Both the position numbers and the translations under genes were made by a program. A DNA stretch of 63,985 nucleotides, counting the filler, from Xylographa opegraphella (Eukaryota): assembly GCA_022813865.1 (NCBI GenBank). It is 3 parts of 3 records of this genome, joined end to end, with 100 filler letters (N's around TTAATTAATTAA, not from the genome) between each part and the next. Parts side by side here need not be neighbours in the genome. Positions count along the whole stretch, not along the records: positions 1 to 28,935 come from JALDZX010000121.1; 2 more parts are not named here. One strand, 5' to 3'. This document shows, piece by piece, positions 1-12,595 of this stretch. A model generated the notes under the pieces. That model saw nothing but the letters and a program-made list of their open reading frames with translations. It made no database searches and was not told the origin of the DNA. Every line of letters starts with the position of its first letter. Position 1 is the first letter of the stretch.

Positions 1-61
1 ATCGTCCACCTAAAGCTTACGTTCTAGGCGTGCTTGTGTGGTGAGTTGATGAGCCGTAACA
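1..61 (+). mobile_element. 3' end of a Gypsy-family LTR (truncated by the window edge)
   Basis: Nearly identical to 37961-38021 and 52804-52864; ends in ...GAGCCGTAACA, a canonical LTR CA terminus. Confidence 0.85.
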
Positions 62-571
62 CGGGGAGCAAAGTTTAAGCGCCAAGAGAATGCAAGCCTT
101 TCGCACACGCTAATAGTGCCGAATGACGACGCCAGAGCGAATACCGTGCTAGGATAATCGATAAAGAGCTTAAAGCTGGATATGTCTCGGATCTCTATAC
201 ACGACACGAGAATTCTGTTTGTACAGATTTTCATGTATGAATACTGTCTGTTCGTGTCAAAGCGTATTCCCCACAGATTCCGAGTGATATATTGGAGACA
301 ACCAAAGCGTCACGGGTTATACGTCTTCGGAGGCGCGGAGTATGCCTTGCTGCGATGAGTCGTCAAGCTGATCATTGGTCTTCGCCCACGGCCGGCTGCA
401 TATGTGCAGCATTGTGCTACCCAGACGTTATCTACAATTTCTATTTCTGTGACCTCGTTCGTTTATAGATGACATTTCTCCTTCTGCCTGTCTTGATAAG
501 GAGTCTTTTTCTCAATAAAACAGTGTTGCTATTTCATGAATGCTATTGTTCGACGCCCACTGAATCCTTTC

Positions 572-2338
572 ATGGACCCAGCTTCTGCCATGATCACCTT
601 TATGGGCTTCGCCGCTAGCATTGCAGCCTTGGTGGCTGTGGTGGTTGACTCTGCGGAGACACTGAACAACCTCCAGCGACAGCTCAGAGCAGCGTCGGAT
701 AATGTCAACCGGCTTATTAAGCGGTTTGAGGTTCTCCAACACCTGCTGAGGGAAGTCCAGATAGTCTCTCAAGCGCATGGTGAGACTGAAGGGCCGGATG
801 GTTTATGTCGTATCTGGACGGCCACTGCCGCTCCCCTCAGGAAGACATCGACAATTTTCATGTTGTGGTTGTCAGACTGGAGCAGACACTTAACAAATCG
901 AAAGGATCGTCTATAAAGTTTTGTCCAAGGATCTGCGATTTTTTTACGAGTCTAAAGTAACAGAGTTCGAGCAAAGTTCCAGAGTCACCTCGGTACCTTA
1001 CAATTCATCAGAGCGTCTATGATCGAGTAAGTAGCTGTTTCAATGCTAAGCCGTATCTCGAGCTCTTTATGGTCCGCGGGTTCAGCATTTGCACCAACAA
1101 CTATGTTTCACCCGAGAAGGGATTCTTGTTGTCATTACTTATAGCACGGGAAATTTCATCTGAAGCCTGAAGAAATGTCTGATCTCCCTCTTTTGCCAGG
1201 CTGACTCTTGGACGGTAGAAGACTTTAATCCAGTTGATGTTTGGATTATTGGTATGTTGGCCTACGTAGACCAGGGATTTCGTGCATGGCTCGAGGCTTA
1301 TATTGCATGTTTCCGATCACCATCAGCACTTAAAATGGGAGCTCTGGCTCAACGATCCGATACTGAGTCTTTTATGTGGTTGTTGTTGCAATAGACTGGA
1401 TCCCACCACGAAGATATTGAACTACCTTCTCTGTAATGGACTGTTCATCCATGGTAGACTCTTTGGGGGAAAGAAAGTCCCCTTGAACAAAAGCTACGTA
1501 TACAGTGCGATCAGATACGGACGAGCTCAAGCGCTTAGCTTGTTCCTGAAACACGGTGTCGATTTACAAATCGAACAGAAGACCGGTTTGAATGCTCATC
1601 GATGTATTCTGAATTATGTTCTTACACAGGGTTGACGCTGGCTGTATATTGTGGTTATGTATCTTGCATTGAAGTCCTTCTCGAGAATGCTAACGTGCAA
1701 ATCCGTGACGGATCTAGCTACAATGCTCTGGAGATAGCTCGATACCAAGCTACGGGAAGAGATCTTGGGAGAGGCTGCAGTCCCTTGTACTTCAACGGAC
1801 TTGAAAGAGAAGACCGTAGAATTTTAGCTATGCTCAAGCTCCCGCAAACCAACCCATCATCTGCTCAAACGACGCTGCACCAGCTACAGCTATCAGGCGG
1901 AAGTGGCATTTCGACGCAGAATTCTCTACCCACGGGACGTGGAAATATAAGTCATTATTGGCACCATGGTATCGCGATGCAACAGACTCCAGACATTCCA
2001 CCGGCCGAAAAATTGTACACTCTGTATGGCACCCGTACCTCCAGCACCAGTTTCGGCATTACATATCTCAATGGTCCCGTTTCGCAAAGCTATCATACAC
2101 CGAAGCCATCGTCACACGACTCGTGTACGTGCTCGCGTACGTCCTGCTTCTGTGCTTCGAAACCGTCGCCCTCCTCACATGGCTGCGACGGCTGCCCGCG
2201 CCGCCTAGATCCATCCTCGTGGCTGGCGTCATCCTCTCCCTTGGCCTAATGTACGGCATGCAGTCTTTGTCGGAGTCTGCTCGGGCTCCATTATTACGGT
2301 GGAATTACGTGGTGGGCAGGAGGTACTTACGAAAATGA
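572..2338 (+). pseudogene. Disrupted gene: fungal N-terminal (HeLo-like/NACHT-N type) domain, ankyrin repeats and a hydrophobic C-terminus
   Basis: Begins MDPASAMITFMGFAASIAALV, typical of fungal N-terminal helical domains. The frame breaks near 840. Ankyrin-like segments (SAIRYGRAQALSLFLKHGVD, TGLTLAVYCGYVSCIEVLLENANV) lie in different frames, with a TM-like tail in ORF 1958-2338. Boundaries approximate. Confidence 0.55.
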
Positions 2339-2833
2339 CGGGTCGCTAGATAGCGCCTCGCTCACGACCGAAGGTGTAGGTGACATAACTACAGCGCAGA
2401 ACGAGAGGTAATCGAATATCAAGGACAAGGAATAGCCGCGAACCAGAGGCAGCAAAGCGGACTGCTTCGCCACCGGGCCTACTCTCCGGCAAAAATTTAC
2501 TGAGGAAACTACATTATGGTGGAAGCTCTGGGGTGTGCGGTGCTGCATCTGTTTCTATGCTTCCGTTGGTATTTGGCGGGCTTTGAACAGTGCGGAGCGG
2601 ACAGGTAAGGACTTTGTGGCTGGTAATGCGAAGGTGAAGTTCATGGCCGATGCTAGCTGTAAAGTGATACTTTCCTTATCAGTTGAGGCAGGCTTCTGGA
2701 GAGTAGTCTAGTATATTAGATCGAAGCGTCACAACAAACTTCGCTAGACCGAGTGCCGACAATACGCGGGAGACTTAAAAGTCATGGATTCATAATAAAG
2801 TTCTCAAGCAGCATCACTTCTATCACCCATGCC

Positions 2834-5337
2834 CTAAACCACCATCTCCACCTCCCTTCCCTCCTCCACATTCCCTTCCCTTCCCTCCTCCAGCACCCCA
2901 CTCCAAGGCCTCGCCACCCTCGGAAATACCCTCTTATACAAACTCACGCCCACCGAATCCTGCGGATTGATCCGCGCATCGAACGTCGCCTTGAAATAGC
3001 CATGCGTCCCCAAACTCTCCTTGATATATCCACTGCGGCCCCTCTTCGTCCACAGCTGCAGCGCCTTGAACCAGGCCACATCCTCGGTGCTGAAGAACAT
3101 GTAACGCACCGTCACGAGCTTCTTGTGGATCTTGTACGGATGGCCGGTCAGGATGACGCGCTTGGCGATGATGCGGCTGTAATCGGGGGCCTGGGACGTG
3201 CCGGTGGCGATGAGTTCGAGAGACGGCGTGAGAGAGGTAGGCGTGGTGCGTTTGAAGAAGAGGGTGGGAACGGAGCCCCAGGTGAGTGGCGCGATGAAGG
3301 TCGCCATGGCGGTGCGGCCGGGGTGGAGGTAGCGGTCGAACTTGTGAACGTTGTTAGGGGTGTTGCCGGTTTGGGAGAAGAGTGGGTGGATGACTAGGCG
3401 GCGGGGTCCGCATTGCATGATGAGCTCCTCTTTGGACTTAAGAGGTTGGGGGCAGTCCGAGCTGAGAGTGATGCTGAAGTTCATGACGGTCCGTTTGTGC
3501 TCATGCCGGAGGAGTGAGAACAGGGTGAGGGGACCCCTGGAGATGTTCTGTAATGCTAACGGTACTTCGCGTACATGTATGTGGACCCGAGTACCGGGTG
3601 GTACTCCACCGACCAACGCCTCGCGTACAGCTTGGCTTTTTGCTCCCTTATAGTTGGCAACTTGGAGAAGTCTGTTCCAATCCTCTGGCTCGTAGGCTCG
3701 GTCCTCGTCGGTCTCCCATTTACTGCTCCGCAAGCTCTTGAGACCCCTGTACCTTGCCAGTCTCTCTCGAGCAAGAACATTTGGAAGCAGCTCTATCTCA
3801 TCGGGAAATTCCAGATCTTCCTCAGCTTCGTTCTTTTTTCGTGATCGATATACCGCGAGCTCATCTGCTTCCTCGTTAGGCGAGGGATCGAGAAACATCT
3901 CTGACTGTGGGTATTCCGAAGGGCCTCCTTCGGTTGGCTCTACCATAATACGGTGGTCAAGACCTTCAACACCATCTTGAGGAAGTGCTGGTGCGTCCAT
4001 CATAAGATCATTATTTATATTCATTGCACTTTCGTCGTCAGAACCTGAGTCGGAGACATCGCCAAGAAACCATGCAGCTTGATATGCCGAGGTTCCTCTT
4101 GGAAGACGTTTCGGTAGGTCAGGAAGATGCGATTCATCATCTGAGAAGTAATGATGATCATCGAGGAGCACTCCTTTGCGCTCCGTTGGCGCTTCTGAAA
4201 CAGGGAAATCATCGCCGTCACCCATGGCGATATCGTCCGGGGCAAGCTCTGCTAAATCATCTTGATCGACATCAGGTGTTCCCAGCACTGTTGGTCCACT
4301 CGTATCGTCGATAACCATCTCTCCTGCTTTCCTCTTTTTTGGATTCAAGGTAGATGGCGCAGTAATTTTCTCGATTTGGAAAGTCCCCCAATCTCCAATT
4401 TGAACAAGTCGATTCGCCACAAGTCCTTTGCCTCTTACAACTCCAGTGACCACTACTTCGCCGCTGCTAGACTGATTGTCAGTGCTAAAACCTGGCCACT
4501 GCACATCTTCCACGTGCATCCAGCTCCGATATTCACGCCATTTGACGCCCTTAGGAGTGGTTGTACATAATGAACGGATGACGTTGGAACAATCTTGCCG
4601 CGAGTCTAACGAGTGAACCTTCTCTTGGTTCGGAAAAAAATGTGATATGTAAGATTTAAGAGACGTAATGACCTGAGGTCGACGTTTCGGCGGATCTATT
4701 TGATCCAGTCCTTGCACAACAGTGAATACAGTTGAGACTCCTTGACCTTCAATTGCTCTTATCAGAAGCTCTCCTGTACGGTCCACTTCTTGCATCGACG
4801 AGAGAATGAACAGCACAAAGTCCGCTATTTTGCACGCATCCAGAGCACTAAGTAGGTCTCGCTTGACAGGTACATATTGCACAGACTGCTTGAATCTGTC
4901 AACCCGAGCGGTGAGAACGGTTGCACCGGCAGCGTCGAATTCCACATCCAGCTCCTCATTGAACTTTCGTATAGCGGTCACGCAATCGCCATCTTCCGTC
5001 AACGGGACAACTGCAACAATTCTGGGAGCACCATTCTGTCCCCCAAATATGCTTGTCGTTTTCGAGTGTTCTTGATGCTTAGCTTGTTGTTTTTGTCGGG
5101 CTTGGTGCCTTCGGTCTATCTTGGACATCACTTGCTGATGTAAGGACTTGGTGTTTCGTTTGCCGCGGTTTTCAATTTTGCCTATCCACTGGTCAGGAAG
5201 AAGATTGCAACCAAGGTGCCAATCCTACCCTTAGATAGATCCTTTAGCAAACCCTTAGTGGCATGCCGCGACTTGAAGGACTTATTCAGTGCTTTAGTCG
5301 TGCTCCGGTGGTGGTGTACATCCGTGGTAGGCGCCAT
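2834..5337 (-). CDS. TSR1: 40S ribosome biogenesis factor Tsr1 (Bms1/Tsr1 family); exons 5337-5229 and 5181-2834
   Basis: N-terminal HHHRSTTK..KSFKSRHATKG; FPDEIEL..ARERLARYRGLKSLRSS; C-terminal RIIAKRVILTGHPYKIHKK..GYIKESLGTHGYFKATFD. A 47-nt GT-AG intron (5228-5182) with a CTGAC branch site restores the frame. Confidence 0.95.
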
Positions 5338-6067
5338 ACCTCCACCAGCTTTAAAGCGAAACGGTATTGAAGCCACCTTGAAAGAATGGCCGTGCCTTGA
5401 GATTGCACATCTCAAAAGCTTATGACGAACTTCTACCTATTTCGTCAAATTTTGACAGTGTGATACGCTAGCGACGTAAATCTTGGCACATGAAGAAAAG
5501 CTTACCCAGGGATGGCGGCTCGTCCTACCGACTACGTGCCGCTTTATCATCTGGAAATATCTCTTGGCGACCGCGTTCTTTTACATCTCGTCCCGCTAAG
5601 TACTAAGCAATGGCAACAAAGTTTATTCGAACTTCCTTCTTCGCTGAGTGAATATTAATGCCAAAAGGCTGTGTTTATTCTGCTTCATCATCCGCTAATG
5701 GCAATAAGATTGTTTCAATTAAGCTTTATTTCTAGCCCCTAAATTTACTGTAAGCTGCTGGTGTTCAAACGGCCGTTCGGCTTCACAGCCTCGTTTCCGA
5801 ACCGAATGTGGAGCTCACTGGCATAAGATACCAAGCCTCTGCCAAGCTTGTCACAAAACCCGAGACAGCTTGAGTCATCGAATACATCATCACGCATCCA
5901 TGAGCGTCCTCATTCCTGAAAGCGTGCGAATGAGAAGGCCAGCGATATCCAGTTTAGTGTAATGGCTTACCAGCCAGGTCCCTATGCGAAGACAGTTGAA
6001 CTTGAAAGTCAAACCTCTCAAATATTTTCCTTCCCTTGTACGGCGGGTTTTCGATACCGTAAAGCAG

Positions 6068-8152
6068 CTACCCCATACCGGGTTTGAGTAGGGCTAAAAA
6101 TTGAGCCTGATAATGTTTAGCTTCCCATCCCCGCTTTAACACTATATCTAGGACCGTCTCTCCGTAATACGTCTTCGCTTCGCAATCGGCACCTGCATTG
6201 ATGAATAGCTTTCCAAGATCCGCATACCATCGACGAGCAGTCAAGTGGAGTACCGTTGACCCATCAATGGCTCGCACATTGACATCAGCTCCGGCCTTTA
6301 ACAGCGCCTCGATGGTCGGTCGGTGGCCCCACGTGGCCACCTGTTCGTAGAGAACTGTACGACCTTGAGGCTTGGCGTTTACTTCTGCACCTCTGCTCAG
6401 TAAGAATTTGACCAAGTGGACTTGTCTAAACTGCTTGCCCTGTGCAGAAGCGTCACAGAATTCCAGGGGACTGTCGTCATTATGTCAGCTCCGCGGTCTA
6501 ATAGCAATTCCGCAATTGCTATTGTCCTCATTTCGTGAATTTGATCACCAGACTCGTTTATTGTATCTTCGACAACAGTATACAATGGCGTTCTTCTTCG
6601 AATGTTTTTCTTGTCAATCTGCGCCCCGTTGTCAACAAGCAGTTCGAAACAGCCCAGGTCTCTTGTGAAGGCGGCCAGATGTAGAACAGAGTCGCCGGCG
6701 TTTGTAGTGGCGTTGATGTTAGCTCCTTGTTCCAAGAGCAGGACAGTCGTCGGTCCACTTGAGACCGCCTCCAGCAGCGGAGTCATGCCACCATAGGTTA
6801 TAGCTTCAATATCAGACCCGTGAAGGAGCAAGAGTTTTGCAACCGATGTCCGTCCGTAAAGAGCTGCGAGATGCAAAGAAGTATCCCCGCATTTGCTCAC
6901 CGCCATAACATCAACCCAGCACTTATGAGGAGTTCAACTATTACGAGGTTGCCGCACCTTGCCGCAATGTGTAAAGGTGTAAGACCATCGTTACTGGACC
7001 GGGCTGTATCGGCATGATTCTCTAGTAATAGCGTCACCATCTTTTCGTGTCCGTTCGCGGCTGCTATATATAGTGGAGTACAACCATCGTTGTCCTGCAC
7101 ATTGACGCTCAAGCCTTGTCTGAGTGCTGACCATACGGCGCCCAAGTCGCCATCCCGAGCCCCTTGTAAAATAATCGTTGGTAGATCCTTGCGAGAAAGC
7201 ACTCTGAAGAGCAAGCCTATCAGACGTGATCCTCGTTTCCCTTTCAGGAGTGGATATGTAGCAGATGACACTGTCGACGCTTGCTGGACAGCATAACGTG
7301 TCGTTGTACTATCAGTAGGCTTTCCTGCCTCTAAAATTGCAACATTACTTGACGTATCAGAGGGCCATAGGCTTAGCGGTTGTTTGTTTGCAGATAACGA
7401 AGTTTCTGATGTTAATTCATTTTCCGGTTCCATGCCGTCTTAGTTGGACGATTGCTCGTCGAATGCACCGGCTTGCATCGCGGCCTGGAACCATTGGAGT
7501 ATGAAGGCTTTGTTGGCATAGAAGGCCGCTATTGTAATCCCTATTCCTTCGAGCTCCTTGCGTATCAACCGCCATGTTTGCTTTTCATCCGCAGTAAGAG
7601 ATTCCACGGTTTGGTTCGTTACGACAGAGCCATCGTGCTTGCCCTCTTTGAACTCTTTCAGGAGTTTGTTTAATCTTTTCTCGACGGTGATTTGGGTAGT
7701 GCTACGAACAGCTCAATTAGCATTCTGGTGGTATGCAAGATCATAAGGCGGTCGTTGTAGATAAAGACGCCGTACCTCATGAAAGCGGTGAGTAAAACTG
7801 TATTGGAAGTCAATCGAGTTCTCAACTCCGTAACGTCTTGAAAGCCCCATCCCATACGATCCCAAGTGCGCTTGCTTTGTGTGCCAAGACTTTCGTACTT
7901 GTTGACCAATGTCTCCAAGTCAGTCAATACCTTATGGCAACCATTAACAATGCATTTCAGACCGGCTTCCCGAGAGGGTGTAAGTTCATGGCCTGTGAAA
8001 CTCTCGTCGAACTCTCTGAGAACGGCATGTAGCGATAAGACTTCCTGGGATATGTTCCCGAAGCTCTCGGGAGCTTCCTTGCATGCCTTGTATACAGTCC
8101 AAGCCAGTTGGCCGAGCTGAACGAAGTCACCGACGCCAAAGCCGAAGCTCAT
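6068..8152 (-). pseudogene. Fungal N-terminal (HeLo-like/SesA-type) domain plus ankyrin-repeat gene, with an in-frame TAA and two frameshifts
   Basis: Starts MSFGFGVGDFVQLGQLAWTVYKACKEAP; intron 7775-7702. Exon 2 reads ..WRLIRKELEGIGI..AFDEQSSN then TAA (7442-7440), in frame with the ankyrin ORF 7433-6897. Ankyrin repeats (GCTPLYIAA, GLTPLHIAA, GDTSLHLAA, GSTVLHLTA) continue across frameshifts near 6915 and 6430. Confidence 0.8.
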
Positions 8153-8624
8153 GATTTTTTATTACACCAGAAAGGAATGGATATCGACAACATCTGCTGC
8201 CTGAACAGTCCGTACTATGCTTGACAAGAGCGCCTTTGTTAGATGGCCGTCGGGCAATAATATGATTCTCCGCAACGGAAGATAAGCAAAGAATCGACAG
8301 CATCATTGGGGCAAGTGGGAGCGATTGTAAGAGCCTTGTGCGAAGCCCTGGCGGCTGCAGATGGAAGGCGGCGCATTGTAGCCAATTAGGTTTTTAGCGA
8401 GTGGTGGTATCGAAGCTTTGTGGAGAGGATCAACTAATTCCCGCTAGCATTACGCAACACCAGTGGGTCGGCACGGAAAGCGATCGGATCAATAATTCGA
8501 CGGATCGCGTAATGATGTGAGCACATTACATTATGTATATAAGAATGGCGGGGAAGTGTAATGTACAACACGTTCGCTCCCACGTTCATCAACTCTCGCC
8601 CATACCAGACCAATCCCATAAGAG

Positions 8625-9935
8625 ATGTCTCACATCCGCGTTGGCCTCATCGGCCTCAGCACCACCTCGACGGTGACTAACTGGGCCGCGAAAGCCCATC
8701 TACCCTATCTCCAGTCCGCTCAAGGCCAAAAACATTACGAGATCGTCGCACTGTGCAACTCCTCCATCGACAGCGCCCGGAAGTCGATTCAGCAGTATGG
8801 TCTCCCCGCCTCGACGAAGACCTACGAATCTGCCGCCGATCTGGCCCGCGACCCCGACGTCGATTTGGTGGTCAATGTGACCCACGTGGGGAAACACTAT
8901 GAGCTCCTGTTGCCCGTCGTGCAGGCAGGGAAGAACGTCTTCACGGAGCTGCCGTTTGCGTCCAATGTGAGCCAGATGCGCGAATTGCTGCAGACGGCAG
9001 AAGAGAAGGGGGTGAGGACTGCCTTTGGTATACAGGGACAGACATCACCGGTGACGAAGCTGCTCCGAGACGTAATCGCCTCGGACAAGATCGGCAAGGT
9101 GCTGAGCACGACCTGGACAGGAGCGGCCATGTTTCTCGGCGAGAAGCCGTTCTTCGTGGGCGGGAAATCTTTCGCCGAACGCAAAACGGGGGGAAACATG
9201 ATGACGGTAAATTTCCTGCATTGTAAGTCTCCGCCTCCCAGCTCTTGCCGAATCTCCATATTGCCTTGCTCTTGCTCTCGGCGTTCCATCGAGCCGGTAA
9301 CAACTATGGCAAAGTGTCAACTACGTTGAGCTCGAAAGTACTTCCAAACTAACAGATCACCCTCAACAGCCATGAACCTCGTCCTCGCCACGCTAGGCGA
9401 GATCGACACCTTCCACAGCATCCTCGGCAACCAGCGGCCCACCCTCCAGCTCATGGACCCGCACCAGGGCGGCAAGATAGTGGAAACCATACAAAAAGAC
9501 ACGCCGGACCAAGTCCTCCTCCAAGGTCGCCTCGCTTCCGGAGCGCTCATCTCATACCACCTCCGTGGCGGCGACCCCTTCCCCGGCGAACCCGGTTTGA
9601 CATGGTCCATCTACGGCGAGAAGGGCGAGATCCACATCACGGGCCCCTCCTCCATGCTGGACATCGCGCACGACGGCGTCCGCATCAAGCTGCACACATT
9701 CGGGCAGGACGAGGCACAGACCTTGGAGGTGCCGGCCGACGACATGAGCTCCTTGCCGCACCCGGCTCAGAACGTGGGGAGGATCTACGAGGCCTACGCG
9801 AAGGGCGGGAAGGGCGGTGGCGGCGACGGCTACCCGGATTGGAAGCTGGGCATGCGGAGGCATGAACTGATTGAGGAGATGTGGCGGAGAGGGGATGGGG
9901 AGAGGCCGTTTGGGGAGCCGGTGGCGGGGCCGTAG
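8625..9935 (+). CDS. Gfo/Idh/MocA NAD(P)-binding oxidoreductase, Gal80-like; exons 8625-9222 and 9370-9935
   Basis: IRVGLIGLS..WAAKAHLPYL, DPDVDLVV..HYELLLP..GKNVFTELP, TPDQVLLQGRLASGA..HLRGG. A GTAAGT..CTAAC..CAG intron (9223-9369) joins the two ORFs in frame. Confidence 0.88.
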
Positions 9936-10711
9936 CTGCTTGATAGGGTACCACCATCCTGTTACAGTGAGGCTGATGGGAATCGCTCCGGAGAATGCTC
10001 AGACTGTTAAGCAATTACTCTAGAAAAGTTCAAACCGTTCATTTAACAATCTGGAGAAGCTCAACCCCCCTGACCGCACATCCAATCCCCCGACCCACAT
10101 CCCCACAGCCTACCTACCCGTCCCGCCTCGCATCGCATCACAACTCACATCCCAACCCTACACCCACACCGGAGCCTTCTCCATCCCTTTCCGGCGGCTC
10201 GCTAGCGGGAAAAACGCCACAGCCGTAGTCCCAAGACGCCCTAGATATAGCGCTAGGATACCTAGCTAGCCTCTCGCTTGTGTTCGGCAGGAAACAAGTA
10301 CCAGAGCTCAAGCGGCCATTCTAGAATTGAAAGATAAAATCGGGAGACGCTATTCACCAAGGGAGAGTCTGTGCGCTACTTCAAGGGCAATAAGGCATTA
10401 CCCTGACGTTGGGGGCTCAAGTAGTATAGTGGGATATGAGCTTCAGTGAAGGTACTGGTTCAATGGACGTGGTTGGTACGAATGGCTGTCAGCACGAGGG
10501 AACATCTCGCTTCATTCCCTTTTCGGTAGGGTTTGATGCACTGTAGTTGAGTGTGATACAAGCATGGAGTGGGAATAGTGGGACTCGATCTTTGAAATTG
10601 CTAGCTATTTCCAGCACTGATTGTCTGCCTCAAGTGCGTCTACCAACAAGTCACCCTCAAAGCCAGATTGACTGCCAGACCGGCCACGGTCGTTGCGCCG
10701 ACTCCCATACA

Positions 10712-12213
10712 TCAATTGCTAGCATACGTCCCGTTGGGGAAGGAGCACTGATAGAAGAACCCACAGTACGGCGGCCCGGTATCCGCAGGCTCGGGCCCAG
10801 CGTCGCTGAGCAGCAGAGCGGCGACTCCGTGCGCGGGCAGGGAGAGGGTCATATTCCGCACCGCAGTGCCGTTGTGGGTGTGCGACCACATATCGTAGAC
10901 GGAGTACTGGCGGCCCGCGCGGATGGCCCAGCTCTCGGTCAGGTTGAAGAACATCTGCTCGGTGGAGTTCTGCGTGTTGAGGATCATGAAGACGACGCCG
11001 TAGCTGGAGTTGCCTGACCAGTACTGAGCGGGGTAGCTGGAGTTGGAGACGTAGTCCGGGTTGATGCCCCAGCGGAACGGGTTGATGGATTGGCCGACGT
11101 TGGGGTCTTGGTTGATCTTGATGAGGTCGATGTTGCCCAGGATCTCGATCGTCTCGTTGGTTGCGTTGGTCAGGTCGGTGCCGATGATTAGATGTGACTT
11201 CAAAAGAGCCCATGCGGTGAAGTGGCTCTTGGCTTCGTCGTTGGTGAGGTTGCCGGGCGGCGAGCCTTGGCCAGTGTTGCCTACCTCCATTATATCCATA
11301 TCATTGCGCCCATAAAAGTCAGTGGCCCACCAGAGGAAACTGGCTTGATCGATGATGGCGGTAATAGCAGACCAGTAAGGCTTAATGTCGCCATCTATAC
11401 GCCACCCTTGCGATATCTGCCTTCCCCAGACCCAGGGCTGCTGCCAGCCCCACTCACACAGCGAGTACTCGAAGAACTTTCCAGTCATCCCCGCATACTC
11501 CGCTATAGCATTGGACATGCGCTGGTAACGCCCGAACATGTTCTCCTGAGTTATGTTGTCAAAGGGTATATAGCAGTTGTCGTATTTGAGGTAGTTGAAT
11601 CCCCACTCATCCCATGTCATGAGATCCTGAAGTTCGTGGCCGTAGGCACCGGGATACCCGGCGCAAGTTTCGTAACCATTGTCTGAATAAGCGCTGGCAG
11701 AGACACCGTATGCCTTCATTGAATCTGTGAAGTTTTTCATTCCGTTCGGAAACTTGATAGGGTCTTTGGCGCATAAGCTTTGTAATCAATAATAGCACAG
11801 CGGGACTTGCCGGCAACAAGCGCTCCGCTAGAGCTTCGATTCTTCCTGCGCGACTATTAATCAATGCAATATTGACATCTGACGGTGAGCGTACAATGTA
11901 TAACAGTCGTCCAGAATCAACGACTAGAGGATAAGTTACAACGACCTGAAAGTCCCTTCGGCAGTGAGGAAGCCCACATTATATCCCGCTTTGACCAGGC
12001 CATGTTTCGCCATTGATTCTACTTGAGCAAGCACATCACTCCCATTGTAGTTGCAAGCAAAGGCATTGAAAGCTTGCAGAAGAAAATTAGCCGCCCTCCT
12101 GGTCCTCAAAGGGCCTTCTTACTGTCGTAGCCCATCTTAGGCAGCTTGCCTACACCATTGTTCAAAGCCGCAGCAACGCCAGCAAAGGCGACAACGAAGG
12201 CTGCTGAATGCAT
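10712..12213 (-). CDS. Secreted GH27 alpha-galactosidase (melibiase), 5 exons
   Basis: Signal peptide MHSAAFVVAFAGVAAA followed by LNNGVGKLPKMGYD/TFNAF, LILDDCY, DPIKFPNGM, YLKYDNC (nucleophile), SLCEWG, WRIDGD (acid/base) and NDMDIMEVGN. Four short introns lie between 12122 and 11764. Confidence 0.93.
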
Positions 12214-12470
12214 GCTAGGGGCCGACAGTGAGCAAAATACAGAGATGTTGAGAAGAGAGGGAGAGTCAAGGATTCAACGAGCACCTTTATAGTGCTTTCA
12301 TGGGACATAGCGGCAACAGAAAAGACATGCATATGGGCACCTGATACTAAGGCCTGACATACACCGCTTAATGTCCGTGCCAAATTGTGCTTAGCACACC
12401 GCAAACCGAAGAAGAAAGCAACGATGATGAATACTGCGGGCCTGTTTTGAGCCCCTGGTACCTGGCTAAA

Positions 12471-12595
12471 CTGGAGCAGAAAGCCCTATCCGGAACGTTT
12501 ACCGGCGGTGTGGAGAAACTGGAGGCCGCAGATGCGGGGAGAAGACCGAGTCGGCGTGATGTCGCTTCGACCGCTAAACCTGAACCAGCGCGGAG
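12471..12595. promoter_or_regulatory. Putative carbon-regulation module upstream of the alpha-galactosidase: CGG-N8-CCG site and clustered SYGGRG (CreA-type) sites
   Basis: CGGAACGTTTACCG at 12491-12504, plus CTGGAG, GTGGAG, CTGGAG, GCGGGG and GCGGAG within about 125 bp, 260-380 bp upstream of the ATG. Confidence 0.35.

Noticed and set aside
2753..3397. 214-aa plus-strand ORF
   Set aside because: Antisense shadow of the GC-rich TSR1 3' end.
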